From Candidatus Iainarchaeum sp. (GTDB lineage Archaea; Iainarchaeota; Iainarchaeia; Iainarchaeales; GCA-2688035), in contig JAFCCL010000008.1 in the NCBI GenBank assembly GCA_017610205.1, positions 1-64,000 of the forward strand: a DNA stretch of 64,000 nucleotides, given 5' to 3'. The number at the start of each line of letters is the position of its first letter. Position 1 is the stretch's first letter. Under the pieces are notes generated by a model. It ran no database searches. It saw nothing but the letters and a program-made list of their open reading frames with translations, and had not been told where the DNA came from. A program made the position numbers and the translations under genes. Positions 48,525 to 58,770 of the stretch are shown here, one piece after another.

Positions 48525-50522
48525 ATGTCTGAAATTATTGGAGAGCCTGAAGAATCTGAAAAGTTGGAGAAGTTCATGTCCTTTTTTCCCTATCCTGAGT
48601 TCAAACCACAGCAGTTGCCTGTGATGGAGTTTGTTTCTGAGATTATTGAAAAAGAGGGAATTGGGCTGATTGAAGCCTATTGCGGTTTTGGAAAGACTAT
48701 TTCGACGTTTGCGCCAGTTTTTGAAGCAGGAAAAAAGGTATTGCTGCTGTCTCCGACTCATACTGCAAGAAATGCAGGTGTAGCAGAAGCGTTGCGGATT
48801 AATAAGGTGAATGGGAAAAAGTTAATGGTGGCGGATTTGCGTTCAAAGTCAGCAATGTGCTTTATGTTTCAGGGGAAGCGGTTTAGTTACGAAGCCTGCT
48901 GGAAGGTAAAAAAATTCAAACAATGCCCCTTCTACAAGGCGACGTACTACGGAAAAGACCTTTCCAAAAAAGCAGAAAAGGCAATTAAGCAAGCGGAAGA
49001 ACTTGTTTTTAACAATCCTGAACAGATTTTTTCAGGGAACAATATGGACAAGGAACCGAATTTTTTTAAGGAATTTGAAAAAATTTCGGAAGAAAACGGA
49101 GTATGCTTTTACGAAACAATGAAACACGTTATCAAAAAAGCAGACGTAGTAGTATTGGATTACTACTGGTGTTTTACTGACATTTTTGCCTTGCTAAAAA
49201 TGCTAATAGACCCAAAAGACTTTGTATTATTGGTTGACGAAGCAGACTTATTGATTGACAGGCTTTACAACAACCTTCACGCAAAGCTAACCTTTCAGGG
49301 AGTAAAAGATTTGCTTAGCCAGTCAAAAAAAATCATAAAAAGTGAAGAAAATTTAGAAGACGAAAAAAAGACACTGAGCAAGGCAGATTTTGAATTTTTG
49401 AAAGAATTCTCAAATTATACCGTTGAAATTTTGCGATTTCTTCCCCAAAAAAAACCGCTTTTGCCGGAAAAACTAATGTGGCACTATGTTAGCGGATTTA
49501 AGAAAAGTTCACAGGAAGCAGGATTGGAAGGAGTAATAGAATTTGACGACATTGTAAAAAATATTGAAAGAATAACAGAGTCAATTGACTCAAGCAACGG
49601 TTCTGAAAAAGCAAGATTCAGGCCACATCTGTTTTTGGAAAAACTCGGCAAAATAAGGCGGTCAGAGCAGCACCTTACATTTATTCCGGAATCACAGGAA
49701 GAAATTTCAATCAAGCCATTTGAAATAAACACAGAAACCCTTTCAAGCGGACTTACAAGTGCTGAAACACTGGAACAGTTTTACAGCACAATACTTTTTT
49801 CAGCAACAATTGGGGACGAAAACCTGTTTATGGAAGAATTTGGCTTGAACAAAAAGCAAACAAAAGTCTTCAAACTCAGCCACATGCCCCACGAAAACCT
49901 TGTTCTCATAATTGACACAGAACTGGATTCAACATTCAAAAAAAGGCTGGAAAACGCTCCAAAATATACTGAAAAAGTAAAGCTCTTGCTGGAACAAGAT
50001 TCCTCACTGCTGGTAAGCTGCTGCAACCAATTTGAAACAGACCAAATGATTGAAGCAATTCCCTCAATGGAAAGCGGACAAGACAACGAAAACCTTGCTG
50101 CAGGAAAACCATACGCAATAAACATCAGGACAAAACACGCAAGAAGCACAAACAAAGCAAGCAAGGTAAGAAACTGCATTGTAATAGGCCTTCCGCTTCC
50201 AGACTACTCTGACTTCTACTTTGGCCAGAGAAAAAAATACCTGGAGGAAAAATACGGCAAAAAACACGCAGGAAAACTAATAAACAGAAAAGCAGTAGAC
50301 CTTGCAGTTCAACTAATGGGAAGAATTACCCGCGACCTAAAAAACCCAAAAGTACTTGTTCTGGCAGACAAACGTTACAAAAACGATTACTTCCTGCAGG
50401 ATTTCTACTACGAAATAATTCCAAAATACCTCAAACCCTACATTAAAATTGTCGGAAACAACCAAGGGCTAAAAGAAGAACTAAACAAATTTCAAAAGAA
50501 AAACCCAACAACTTCTACATAA
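48525..50522 (+). CDS. XPD/Rad3/DinG-family Fe-S SF2 helicase (divergent)
   Basis: FPY..KPQQ, EAYCGFGKT, Fe-S cysteines, VDEAD, FSAT, IGLPLP, QLMGRITR. Confidence 0.88.
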   Translation: MSEIIGEPEESEKLEKFMSFFPYPEFKPQQLPVMEFVSEIIEKEGIGLIEAYCGFGKTISTFAPVFEAGKKVLLLSPTHTARNAGVAEALRINKVNGKKLMVADLRSKSAMCFMFQGKRFSYEACWKVKKFKQCPFYKATYYGKDLSKKAEKAIKQAEELVFNNPEQIFSGNNMDKEPNFFKEFEKISEENGVCFYETMKHVIKKADVVVLDYYWCFTDIFALLKMLIDPKDFVLLVDEADLLIDRLYNNLHAKLTFQGVKDLLSQSKKIIKSEENLEDEKKTLSKADFEFLKEFSNYTVEILRFLPQKKPLLPEKLMWHYVSGFKKSSQEAGLEGVIEFDDIVKNIERITESIDSSNGSEKARFRPHLFLEKLGKIRRSEQHLTFIPESQEEISIKPFEINTETLSSGLTSAETLEQFYSTILFSATIGDENLFMEEFGLNKKQTKVFKLSHMPHENLVLIIDTELDSTFKKRLENAPKYTEKVKLLLEQDSSLLVSCCNQFETDQMIEAIPSMESGQDNENLAAGKPYAINIRTKHARSTNKASKVRNCIVIGLPLPDYSDFYFGQRKKYLEEKYGKKHAGKLINRKAVDLAVQLMGRITRDLKNPKVLVLADKRYKNDYFLQDFYYEIIPKYLKPYIKIVGNNQGLKEELNKFQKKNPTTST

Positions 50523-50585
50523 TAAATAATTGTGTTGATTTGTGAACGAAGGTATTTTTTCTGCTAGCTGTTTTTATTTTGGATG

Positions 50586-51245
50586 TTAGTTTTCTTGTAT
50601 TGATCGTGGATTTTCGTGGTCAATTATTCCTAGTATAAATTTCTTTGTTTTTTGGTCAAAGTCAAGTAATAGATAGTTTACATCATTTATGGTAATATAA
50701 ATTTTTTTGAAATAGATAATTTTTTGGAGTTCATCCAGAGCACGTTCAAGGTGTTTTTTTACATTTGAGAAATCTTTTTCTTGGTCTAGGTTTATTCCTT
50801 TTATCCTTAGCCTTCTTTTTAATGCCGAAAAATATCTCCCCTTTTTGAGATAGAAATTTATACAGTCTGGGCCTGTATAAACTCTTTCCAATACAAGATT
50901 GCCTTTTTTGCTAAGGAATTGGATGGGTTGCAAAACAAATAGTTTTGGGTTTGCTTCTATAATCTGGGTTTCATTTTCTTTAGAGTTTTTAATATACCTT
51001 CTGGCTTCTTTCGCATTTTTAAACCTTCTTACTGTTCCAAGAACGGTTGGAGAAACTCTTAAAACAGTTCTTGTCCAATGGCTGTCAGGGATTAATGTTT
51101 TTTTTGTCTTTTCAGGTTTTTGCCAGTCTTTCCAAAATTGTTTAATATATTTTTTATCAATCTGTTTTTCCTTAAAAACCCTACAAGACATCCTTCTTTG
51201 AGGCTCTTTTCTTCCAATACTAAAACACCAACGCAAATGTTTCAT
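50586..51245 (-). CDS. Hypothetical, degenerate kinase-like fold
   Basis: LVLER..GP; INDVNYLLLD..FILGIID. Confidence 0.5.
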   Translation of the reverse strand: MKHLRWCFSIGRKEPQRRMSCRVFKEKQIDKKYIKQFWKDWQKPEKTKKTLIPDSHWTRTVLRVSPTVLGTVRRFKNAKEARRYIKNSKENETQIIEANPKLFVLQPIQFLSKKGNLVLERVYTGPDCINFYLKKGRYFSALKRRLRIKGINLDQEKDFSNVKKHLERALDELQKIIYFKKIYITINDVNYLLLDFDQKTKKFILGIIDHENPRSIQEN

Positions 51246-51448
51246 AGTATTCTTTATGTTTACACTTGTTTAAAAGAATTCTGGGTTTCACCGTTCCCTG
51301 TAGCAAAGAATTTGATTTTTATGTCATCAGTGTACTGTGAGAGTATCCTCTTCTTCTGAGTTCGATGTAGATTGGCAGTGCCATCCCGCATTGCCCCAAT
51401 TCAATTTCAATTTTTTTTTGTTTTTTTTTGTTGGTGTGTGGTTTTTTT

Positions 51449-52147
51449 TTACGGCGTTAGAGTTATTTCTTTTGGGTAGTTTTTTAAGAACTGCAAGAGT
51501 ATTTCTCTTTCGCGTTTTTGCTGCTCTGGTTTGCTTAATTTTTTGACGTGGTTTTCCAGTTTGGTAATGGTTTTGGCTGTTTTTAAAAGTTCCTGAAAAA
51601 TTCCTTCTCCTATTGTAATAGTTTTTTTTGAAATCCTGGCTTTTTTAAAATCAAGCAATACCACTGTTCCATTGTTTGTAATGGCAATATTGCTTAGGTG
51701 CAAATGATTGTGGGTTATTCCCAAAGAATGCATTTTTCTAATAACCCTGCCAACATTTTCAATGTTTTTTTCCCGATTTTGAATAAAAAGTTTTATTCCA
51801 TTAACAGAATCCAGGCTATTCCCTGTTTTTTTGAAAAGAAATGTTCCATTCTTAAGGTCCTGAATAGCCTTTTCTACAATTATGCCATTTTTTTCAAGAA
51901 GGCTTCTAATCTCTTTTGCTTTTGGGCTCAATGGCTTGATAAAGTATTCTGAACCATGGGCGATTCTTTTCAGCCAATAAACCTGTTCTCTTGGAGAAAG
52001 ACCTTTTGGCATTTTAACGCCTTTTTCCACAAAAGCCTTTGTTCCACCAGGTCTTGTCTTAAAACTAACTACTTTGCCGCCTGCCTCGCCCCTGACAATT
52101 AAACTAACAGGTGTTGGAACCAAAATTTTCTTTGGCTTTCTAGTCAT
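51449..52147 (-). CDS. Atypical kinase-like protein (Bud32/RIO/Kdo-like)
   Basis: MHSLGITHNHLHLSNI..LLDFKKA. Confidence 0.65.
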   Translation of the reverse strand: MTRKPKKILVPTPVSLIVRGEAGGKVVSFKTRPGGTKAFVEKGVKMPKGLSPREQVYWLKRIAHGSEYFIKPLSPKAKEIRSLLEKNGIIVEKAIQDLKNGTFLFKKTGNSLDSVNGIKLFIQNREKNIENVGRVIRKMHSLGITHNHLHLSNIAITNNGTVVLLDFKKARISKKTITIGEGIFQELLKTAKTITKLENHVKKLSKPEQQKREREILLQFLKNYPKEITLTP

Positions 52148-52226
52148 AACAAATTAACGCAGTTTTCAAATAAAAAACCTTTCACCACGAAATTCTTATA
52201 TACTAATTAATAGTTATAACTACATT

Positions 52227-54983
52227 ATGAGAAAAGCCATTCCCATATTACTAGTTTTGTTGTTGGCGCTGTTTTTGTTAGCTGGTTGCATTGAGCCAAC
52301 AGGACCAGGTGACTTGCCTAACAATGGCAAAGCAGACTGGACAGTAATGGTTTACCTTGCCTCGGACAACGACCTTGAAGTGCTTTCAATTGGCAGTGTT
52401 GATGAACTGGAGAGTGTTGGCTCAACAGATAATGTAAAAATGGTGGTTCAGTGGGACCGGAATCCAGGTTACGATGATGGGGCAGGCGACTGGTCTGGAA
52501 CAAAACGCTTTCTTGTTGTGCATGACGATCAGAAAGGAGTAATTGCCTCACAGGAACTAATTGATCTTGGTGAAAAAGACATGGCAAGTCCTGAAACGCT
52601 TGCAGGCTTTCTCAAATGGTCAATGCAGGAATATCCGGCTGAAAGGTATATGCTTGTTTTATGGGATCATGGGGGAAGCTGGCCACTTCACACAGTGGAC
52701 GAAACAAGTGGCACTCACATGACTTTGCAGACTACAAGGCAGGCGTTGGCTGAAGCTGGTTTTGGGGGAAGCAACAAGCTTGATTTGGTTGTGCTAACCC
52801 AGTGCCTGATGAGCCAGGTAGAGGTAGCATACACTTTTGCATCCTATGCAAAGGTGTTGGTTGCATCAGAGGAAACAATCCCGGGATTCGGGATACGGTT
52901 TCCAGGGTATTTGAACAAGCTGGTGAAAAACCCAGGTATGAACGAAAAAGAGCTTGCAACAGCAATTGTTGAAAATTACAAAGACTATTACACTAACAGC
53001 AGCCCAGACCCTTTCACCACCTTAACTGCAATAGACTTGGAAAAAATTCCGGCAGTAAAAGATTCTTTAACCGACTTCACGAATGCATTAAAAGAGAGTT
53101 TAGGGCAAAACTGGTCTGCAATAGGAAAAAGCGTCCACTATGCGGAAGCGTTTGGAACACCAGTAGGCTTTGCTGACGTAAAAGCCCTTAGCTCTTATGA
53201 CCTGTTGGATTTTACAGGGCTTGTAAAGCAAAATCTTGCAACACAGGACATTGAACAGTCTGCCGCCTCACTTGAAAAAGCGGTTAAAGAAGCAGTGATA
53301 GCCGAGTACCATGGGGAAGAGCACCCTTTTGCAACAGGGCTTGCAATCTACTTCCCTGAAGACGAACTGCTCTACAACAATTCTTACCAGGCTGAAGCAG
53401 GGCTTGCATCCGAAACAGGCTGGGGCGAGTTTGTGAAAAGCTATATTGCACTTGAGAAAACAGACCAGATTGCCCCCAGCCTTGTAATTGAAAAGGTTTC
53501 ATCTGCAACAACCAGCTTAAACAATCCGCTAACCATCTATGGAACAGCCACTGGCAACAACATTGTTGCACTATATAGGACAATCAACAGGGTTGAAGGC
53601 AGTAAAATATTCATGCTGAACCAGCATCCTCTTGTGCAAAACTACCGTGACTACGACGGTGAACGAAGGCTACCAGAGTTTTTTGACGGTGTAAACAACA
53701 TTGATTTCACTTGGGTGCCAATGGTGGAAGTGATAACAAACGGAGAACAGCAGGTAATCGCCCCGCTTGTCCCATTTGGAAAAAGCGATTATTACTTTGT
53801 TGCCCAAGGCGAGTACCAAACCAAACAAGGGCAAAAATTTGATGCAAAACTGGTATTTGACTACAGAACAGGGCTGTTGGTAGGAGCACAGGCTCTGATT
53901 GAGTCAGGCAACGAAATGGCAGTAAAGTATTTTGAACCCCAGACAGGAGCTGTTTTCACTCCATACATTTCAGTATTCGACCTGCAGTCAGGGCAGTCTT
54001 ACCTTGCAAAAACAGACAGCATTGCTGTAACCGAACAAGGAATTGGCACGGACCTCGTTCTTTTGGCGCCTGGCCAGTATGCAATTGGCTTGTTTGTCCA
54101 AGACCTGTCCGGAAACGTTATGATGGATACTGCAACTGTACAGGTTGCAAACCAGCCTGCTTCACTCCCAAACATTTCATTACTGGATGTTGTAGCCGAC
54201 TGGAAAGGCGACGGAATGGGTTTTGAGATTATGGACGACGGCACCTGCGTTTCAACAGTTGGGTTGAAAAAAAACCCCTGTGCTTACTGGTTTAGGAACA
54301 ACAACGGATTGCCGCTGATAAGCTTTTTGATTGATGCAGGCAAAACAGAGCCTGTCTTCATTGCGTTCAGGGCAGAACCTGTCGGAGACAAGCTGGTCCT
54401 TACAGAAGTGTTTGAAGGCAGAAAATACGTCTTGTGGAAGGAAGGCACTAAACCTGTGGAAGAAGACCAAAAAATAGATTCTGCACTGGTTGGAAAGTGG
54501 GTAAACGCACAAGACAGTATCGAATTTGGCGCAGACGGCTCCTACATTTGGATTGTTGGCAGTTCAACAGTCACCGGCACTTTCTCAGCTTCAAACGGCT
54601 TTATTTCAATGAAAAGCAATGGCCTAACAACACAATACACTTACACTGTTTCAGGGAACTCCATTTCCATTAACAATTCACAGGGCGAGTCAATTTCCTT
54701 CACTAAAGCCAGTGCAAAACAATCACTGCCTGCAAACAGCCTGGTTGGAAGATGGTACAACGCTGCTGTCAACGAAATCGCCGTATTCAATGCCAATGGA
54801 ACATACCAGTCATACATGTCAGGAGCCCTGTTTGTTTCCGGAACCTATACTATTTCAGGAAACGCCCTTGTACTGCATGGCCCATACGGCAACTTTGGAT
54901 ACGTTTTTACAATAAACGGAAACATTCTCTCCCTCTACGACCCAATGTACGGAACACTTGTAAGCTATATAAAAACAGGTTAA
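52227..54983 (+). CDS. Clostripain (C11)-family lipoprotein with C-terminal beta-barrel repeats
   Basis: LAGC lipobox; WTVMVYL.SDNDLE, LWDHGG (His), TQCLM (Cys), SEETIPG; repeated LVG.W..F..DG.Y. Confidence 0.88.
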   Translation: MRKAIPILLVLLLALFLLAGCIEPTGPGDLPNNGKADWTVMVYLASDNDLEVLSIGSVDELESVGSTDNVKMVVQWDRNPGYDDGAGDWSGTKRFLVVHDDQKGVIASQELIDLGEKDMASPETLAGFLKWSMQEYPAERYMLVLWDHGGSWPLHTVDETSGTHMTLQTTRQALAEAGFGGSNKLDLVVLTQCLMSQVEVAYTFASYAKVLVASEETIPGFGIRFPGYLNKLVKNPGMNEKELATAIVENYKDYYTNSSPDPFTTLTAIDLEKIPAVKDSLTDFTNALKESLGQNWSAIGKSVHYAEAFGTPVGFADVKALSSYDLLDFTGLVKQNLATQDIEQSAASLEKAVKEAVIAEYHGEEHPFATGLAIYFPEDELLYNNSYQAEAGLASETGWGEFVKSYIALEKTDQIAPSLVIEKVSSATTSLNNPLTIYGTATGNNIVALYRTINRVEGSKIFMLNQHPLVQNYRDYDGERRLPEFFDGVNNIDFTWVPMVEVITNGEQQVIAPLVPFGKSDYYFVAQGEYQTKQGQKFDAKLVFDYRTGLLVGAQALIESGNEMAVKYFEPQTGAVFTPYISVFDLQSGQSYLAKTDSIAVTEQGIGTDLVLLAPGQYAIGLFVQDLSGNVMMDTATVQVANQPASLPNISLLDVVADWKGDGMGFEIMDDGTCVSTVGLKKNPCAYWFRNNNGLPLISFLIDAGKTEPVFIAFRAEPVGDKLVLTEVFEGRKYVLWKEGTKPVEEDQKIDSALVGKWVNAQDSIEFGADGSYIWIVGSSTVTGTFSASNGFISMKSNGLTTQYTYTVSGNSISINNSQGESISFTKASAKQSLPANSLVGRWYNAAVNEIAVFNANGTYQSYMSGALFVSGTYTISGNALVLHGPYGNFGYVFTINGNILSLYDPMYGTLVSYIKTG

Positions 54984-55076
54984 AGCACTGCTTTTACAGC
55001 CTTCCGGCAAGGCAAGGCTTTAATCAAAGAAGAACAGACGGAGGCAAGCCATTCTTTAAATAAAGCACAATTTTCA

Positions 55077-55510
55077 GTGGCTTTTTGTTGGCAACCTGTA
55101 AAAAGGTTTTCCAAAGAGGGCAAAGCCAAAACCCAATATGGGCTGGTTTCAGAAATTCTCAGAAACAGGAGTGCTGACTACAAAGCATTACATCAATACT
55201 TTTACTGGAACCTTAAAACAAACAAATCAAAGAAATCAAATGCCCCGAACCTCCTTACCGGATTCTAAAACGTCATGAAATCTTTGTTAGTCTGGTTGCA
55301 GGGGCCTTTGCTTTGAAAATACAAAAAGAAACCGGAATAAAACTGAATATGCGCAAAGTAAATATATACAACGTTAATTCAACCCCTGTTTTCTTTGAAA
55401 TAATAGCTATTAATCAAATCTGGCTAGAGCACTACATTAAGGCCAATGTTAAACCCAAGAAAAAAAGGGAACAATTGCTAAAGTATTTGGACGAATGGCC
55501 AAGGCTCTAA
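55077..55510 (+). pseudogene. Frameshifted remnant, possibly kinase-like
   Basis: Two consecutive + frames join into ..RILKRHEIF..ETGIKLNMRKVN..PVFFE. Confidence 0.4.
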
Positions 55511-55518
55511 GGCACTAC

Positions 55519-55540
55519 AATTAACACAAATTTTAGGACA
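55519..55540 (+). repeat. 22-bp repeat A: AATTAACACAAATTTTAGGACA
   Basis: Identical copy at 58136-58157; variant cacgaattttgggaca at 56180. Confidence 0.85.
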
Positions 55541-55594
55541 CGAAATTCTCCCAATGCCAACCCCCCTTTTTTTGCGCTGGGAATTGAACTGGAA

Positions 55595-55619
55595 GTGAAA
55601 GGGTGTAAAAGGGTTTTTG
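55595..55619 (+). repeat. 25-bp repeat B: GTGAAA(G/A)GGTGTAAAAGGGTTTTTG
   Basis: 24/25 identical to 56819-56843. Confidence 0.85.
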
Positions 55620-55644
55620 GGATAGGAAAGACTTATACGCTCTT

Positions 55645-55660
55645 GTATACATATGTATAC
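55645..55660. promoter_or_regulatory. TA operator palindrome GTATACATATGTATAC
   Basis: Perfect 16-bp palindrome just before antitoxin start. Confidence 0.75.
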
Positions 55661-55667
55661 TTGGTGA

Positions 55668-55913
55668 TTGTTTTTGGCTTCTACTACTATAAGGCTTGAA
55701 ACCAGTACAAAGAAAGGGCTGGAATCCCTCAAGGAACACAGGAGGGAAACTTTTGATGAAGTGATTGAAAAGCTCTTGGCTCTTGTTCCGGAAGGAGATG
55801 AGGAAGGAAAGTACTCTGATGAGTTCAGGGCAGGGCTTTTGGAAGCCCACTTTGACGCAAAGCAGGGGCAATTTGTTTCCCTCAGCAAGCTTAAGAAGGA
55901 CATTGGGCTTTGA
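55668..55913 (+). CDS. RHH-type antitoxin
   Basis: TTIRL..TK..L..LK..RETFDEVI.KLL; acidic tail; precedes RelE. Confidence 0.85.
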   Translation: MFLASTTIRLETSTKKGLESLKEHRRETFDEVIEKLLALVPEGDEEGKYSDEFRAGLLEAHFDAKQGQFVSLSKLKKDIGL

Positions 55914-55915
55914 CC

Positions 55916-56170
55916 ATGTGGCAGTTGGCTTTTACAAGAAGGGCTGAAAAGGACTTTCTTCGCCTGGAAAAAGAGGTTTCAAAGAGAATTATAGCAAAGC
56001 TTGAAAAAAGCCTTAAAGACCCAAAAAAACACTTTTCTCAGGTTAAGGACACAGACTACCACGAGCTTCTGGCAGGCGACTACAGGGTGCTTGTAATCCT
56101 GCAACAGTCAAAGCAAGTCATTGACGTAAGAAGGGTTGGGCACAGAAGAAACATTTACAAAAACATTTAA
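55916..56170 (+). CDS. relE: RelE/ParE-family toxin
   Basis: FTRRAEKDF.RL..GDYRVL..VGHRRNIYK. Confidence 0.88.
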   Translation: MWQLAFTRRAEKDFLRLEKEVSKRIIAKLEKSLKDPKKHFSQVKDTDYHELLAGDYRVLVILQQSKQVIDVRRVGHRRNIYKNI

Positions 56171-56198
56171 AATAAAAAGCACGAATTTTGGGACATGT

Positions 56199-56702
56199 TT
56201 ATTTTTTCTTCACAAGCTTGCTTCCAATAAAGCTGCCTGCAATTCCTATGGCAAAATTGAGTATTGCAAGAAACACTGTGCCAATAATTACTGAAAAGAT
56301 TACCATTGACTTGTAATCTGCCAAAGACATTGTTGTAAAGAATTCAATTCCTAATTCTGCAAGTTCGTCCATTTGAATTTGCCATGCTGCATCAGTCATT
56401 AGCAAAAGGGCACCAGCGCTCAAACCCATTAATATCAGTCCGCCAATTGCTGCTCCCAGGGCCGGAACAAAAAGAATGAACTTTATGTTCTTTGTTTTCT
56501 TTGAAATAAGGTAACCGCTTGGAATGCAGCCAACCAACGCAGGCAAAACAAGCACTACAATTGAAAAAAGCATCAATCCGGCTGAAAGCGTTACATCGCC
56601 TGTTTCCGGAACAAAAAAGTTTCCAAGCAAATCCATTATAGTAAAAATTATTGCAGTAAGAACTGCCGCCAGCAAAGCCTCCTTCCAAAATTTCTTACAC
56701 AT
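56199..56702 (-). CDS. 4-TM membrane protein
   Basis: Four hydrophobic helices. Confidence 0.75.
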   Translation of the reverse strand: MCKKFWKEALLAAVLTAIIFTIMDLLGNFFVPETGDVTLSAGLMLFSIVVLVLPALVGCIPSGYLISKKTKNIKFILFVPALGAAIGGLILMGLSAGALLLMTDAAWQIQMDELAELGIEFFTTMSLADYKSMVIFSVIIGTVFLAILNFAIGIAGSFIGSKLVKKK

Positions 56703-56865
56703 TCAAACAAAACAAGGGCCAAAGTAGTATTTTAGTGTTTCGCTAAACCACCATCGCCCACTCCCACACATCTACCTTGGCCTAACCGCCAAAGCCGTTT
56801 GGGTTGAATGAATGTGATGTGAAAAGGTGTAAAAGGGTTTTTGAGGGCTTAAGACCAGTGTTTTG

Positions 56866-57183
56866 TCACTGGCTTTTTAGCCTATGCAGCCTTTTTTCAA
56901 GTTCGTTGTAAAGTTCTTGTTTTTTTTTCTTGTTTAGTTTGAATAGTTGTTTCTCAATTGCTTTTTCTGTGAGGGTAAAAATATAATTTGTCTTTATTAC
57001 GCTATCTTTTATTGCTCCGTCTTTTTTTGTAAGAGCAATACCCTTCATTCTAACATTGCTTGTTATGCCTGCAACAACAACGTTTCCGAGTTCCTCAAAA
57101 AGGACTACTGCCGGCCTCTTCTTTATTTCAAAGGTGTCAGTGAACTGTGCCTTTGCAAGCACAACGTTTCCTGGTTCAAGCAT
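56866..57183 (-). CDS. mazF: PemK/MazF-family toxin
   Basis: PG.VVL..FTD..KKRPAVVL..ITSN. Confidence 0.85.
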   Translation of the reverse strand: MLEPGNVVLAKAQFTDTFEIKKRPAVVLFEELGNVVVAGITSNVRMKGIALTKKDGAIKDSVIKTNYIFTLTEKAIEKQLFKLNKKKKQELYNELEKRLHRLKSQ

Positions 57184-57403
57184 TTTCCCAGTCCTCATCT
57201 TCCTTATTGTCCCAAAGCTCAGCCATTTTTTCCTGCTGAATCTTATGCAGAAACTCGTCATACTGGTTTTTCATCTTGCAGGCCTTGTAAACCCTTGTAA
57301 GCTCAAGAATCAGCTCAGAGTAGGTCTGCCTTGGATACTGTTTGACTTCCTTCAACTCTGCAAGAGCCGGTTTCTTAACCTGAATAGTAGTAACATCAGA
57401 CAT
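57176..57403 (-). CDS. Antitoxin (RHH plus acidic WDN.EDE.W tail)
   Basis: TTIQV..L..K.YPRQTYSE.I; overlaps toxin start; ACATATAA direct repeats at 57400 and 57411. Confidence 0.82.
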   Translation of the reverse strand: MSDVTTIQVKKPALAELKEVKQYPRQTYSELILELTRVYKACKMKNQYDEFLHKIQQEKMAELWDNKEDEDWENA

Positions 57404-57549
57404 ATAACTCACATATAAGAGATACATAGTTAGTTATATAACTCTTTCTTATGTCCTTTTCCTCTTTTTTATTGTTTCGGGCATACGTGGTGGAAAGTGA
57501 AAAAAAGGGGAAAAGAACCGATGTGGCAAAAGAGGAAACAAACATAAAT

Positions 57550-57577
57550 ATATATACTTGTTAGTATTAGTATATAT
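57550..57577. promoter_or_regulatory. Inverted repeat ATATATACT-N10-AGTATATAT before third TA pair
   Basis: 9-bp arms. Confidence 0.55.
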
Positions 57578-57589
57578 TATGGTGTTTTA

Positions 57590-57805
57590 TTGAAACGTGT
57601 ATTTTTCTTCAGCAAGCACTACAGGAAAGACAAGGGAATTGACACAAGTCTTGCAATTGAATGCATTAATACTGGGAAGAAAGCACTTGATGAAAAACCA
57701 AATAAGTTCAAAAGTCACAAAAAGCACAGGAAAGGGGTGCTAATAGTTGTTTGGAAGGACCGAGGAGAGAAATGTTTTGTGATAACAGCCTATTGGAAAC
57801 ATTAG
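57590..57805 (+). CDS. DUF4258/RelE-fold putative toxin
   Basis: FSKH..I..G..IVVW..FVITAY. Confidence 0.7.
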   Translation: MKRVFFFSKHYRKDKGIDTSLAIECINTGKKALDEKPNKFKSHKKHRKGVLIVVWKDRGEKCFVITAYWKH

Positions 57806-57818
57806 GAGATGATGAAAA

Positions 57819-58136
57819 ATGATTGAGAATGAGAAATGTCCAAAATGTGAAAATGGAAAACTGCACGAAGTATTTGATGAGGTAGAGCCAGGCATAAAGG
57901 TTGAATCATTCAAATGCGGCAAATGCAGTGAAACCTGGTATTCGCAGGAAATAATGGAGAAAATAGAGGCCATGCAGGGAGCAAAAGCAGAGCAAAGGAG
58001 ACTGGTTAAAGTTGGAAACAGCATTGCAGCAATAATTCCGGCAAAAATAGCCAAAAAGCTGGACTTGCATGAAAAGGAAAAAATCTACGTGGAAGAGCAA
58101 AACGGCGAAATCCTGATAAGGGCAAGCAAAGTATAA
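57819..58136 (+). CDS. YgiT/MqsA-type Zn finger fused to AbrB/MazE domain (antitoxin)
   Basis: CPKC..CGKC.E.WYS; RRLVKVGNSIAAIIP..I. Confidence 0.8.
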   Translation: MIENEKCPKCENGKLHEVFDEVEPGIKVESFKCGKCSETWYSQEIMEKIEAMQGAKAEQRRLVKVGNSIAAIIPAKIAKKLDLHEKEKIYVEEQNGEILIRASKV

Positions 58137-58354
58137 ATTAACACAAATTTTAGGACAACATTCCATTACTTACTTAGTTTTCCAAACCTATCTTTTCCCC
58201 TCTCCCTTCAAATTATTCTTATGCGAATAATTAACCAATTCTTTTAAAGCAGGGGGACAAAAGCGCACAAGGAAAGAATGTTTTTCCTAAAGCTAGAGAT
58301 TTTAACCGTGTATTGTTCTAAAGGCTTAAATAGTTCCTTACTCTAAATCTATTT

Positions 58355-58738
58355 ATGAGCAAGGTAAGCGCCTGGTTTGTGAGGAAAGCCAGGGCAATTG
58401 GAAACATTTCAAAGCGGTGGAAAAAAACTCCTGAGCAAAAGGCAAGAAACCGCGTTATAAAGCTCTGTAAGGAAAAAAATGCAATAAAAATCTCTGATAA
58501 TGGCGAGAAGGCCTTTAGCCGCTATTGGTATTCATCTGCTAAGAGTTTGGCTTGGCAAATCCCATGGGCTGCCAATTACATTGCAGGGACACTTAAAAAC
58601 TCCCAAAAAAGAGGTGTTGTTGGCGTAGAAGGTCTAGTTAATGGATCAATGGCTTTTATTAAGGTGGAAGATGCAATAAACGAAATTCGAGCAAGTGGAA
58701 GAGGCGTATTCTTTAGCCACCGTCAAAAGAATTATTAA
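58355..58738 (+). CDS. Hypothetical protein
   Basis: ORF with TTAAATA box upstream. Confidence 0.6.
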   Translation: MSKVSAWFVRKARAIGNISKRWKKTPEQKARNRVIKLCKEKNAIKISDNGEKAFSRYWYSSAKSLAWQIPWAANYIAGTLKNSQKRGVVGVEGLVNGSMAFIKVEDAINEIRASGRGVFFSHRQKNY

Positions 58739-58770
58739 TAAAAATCAAAACAAAAAACAAAATACAACTA

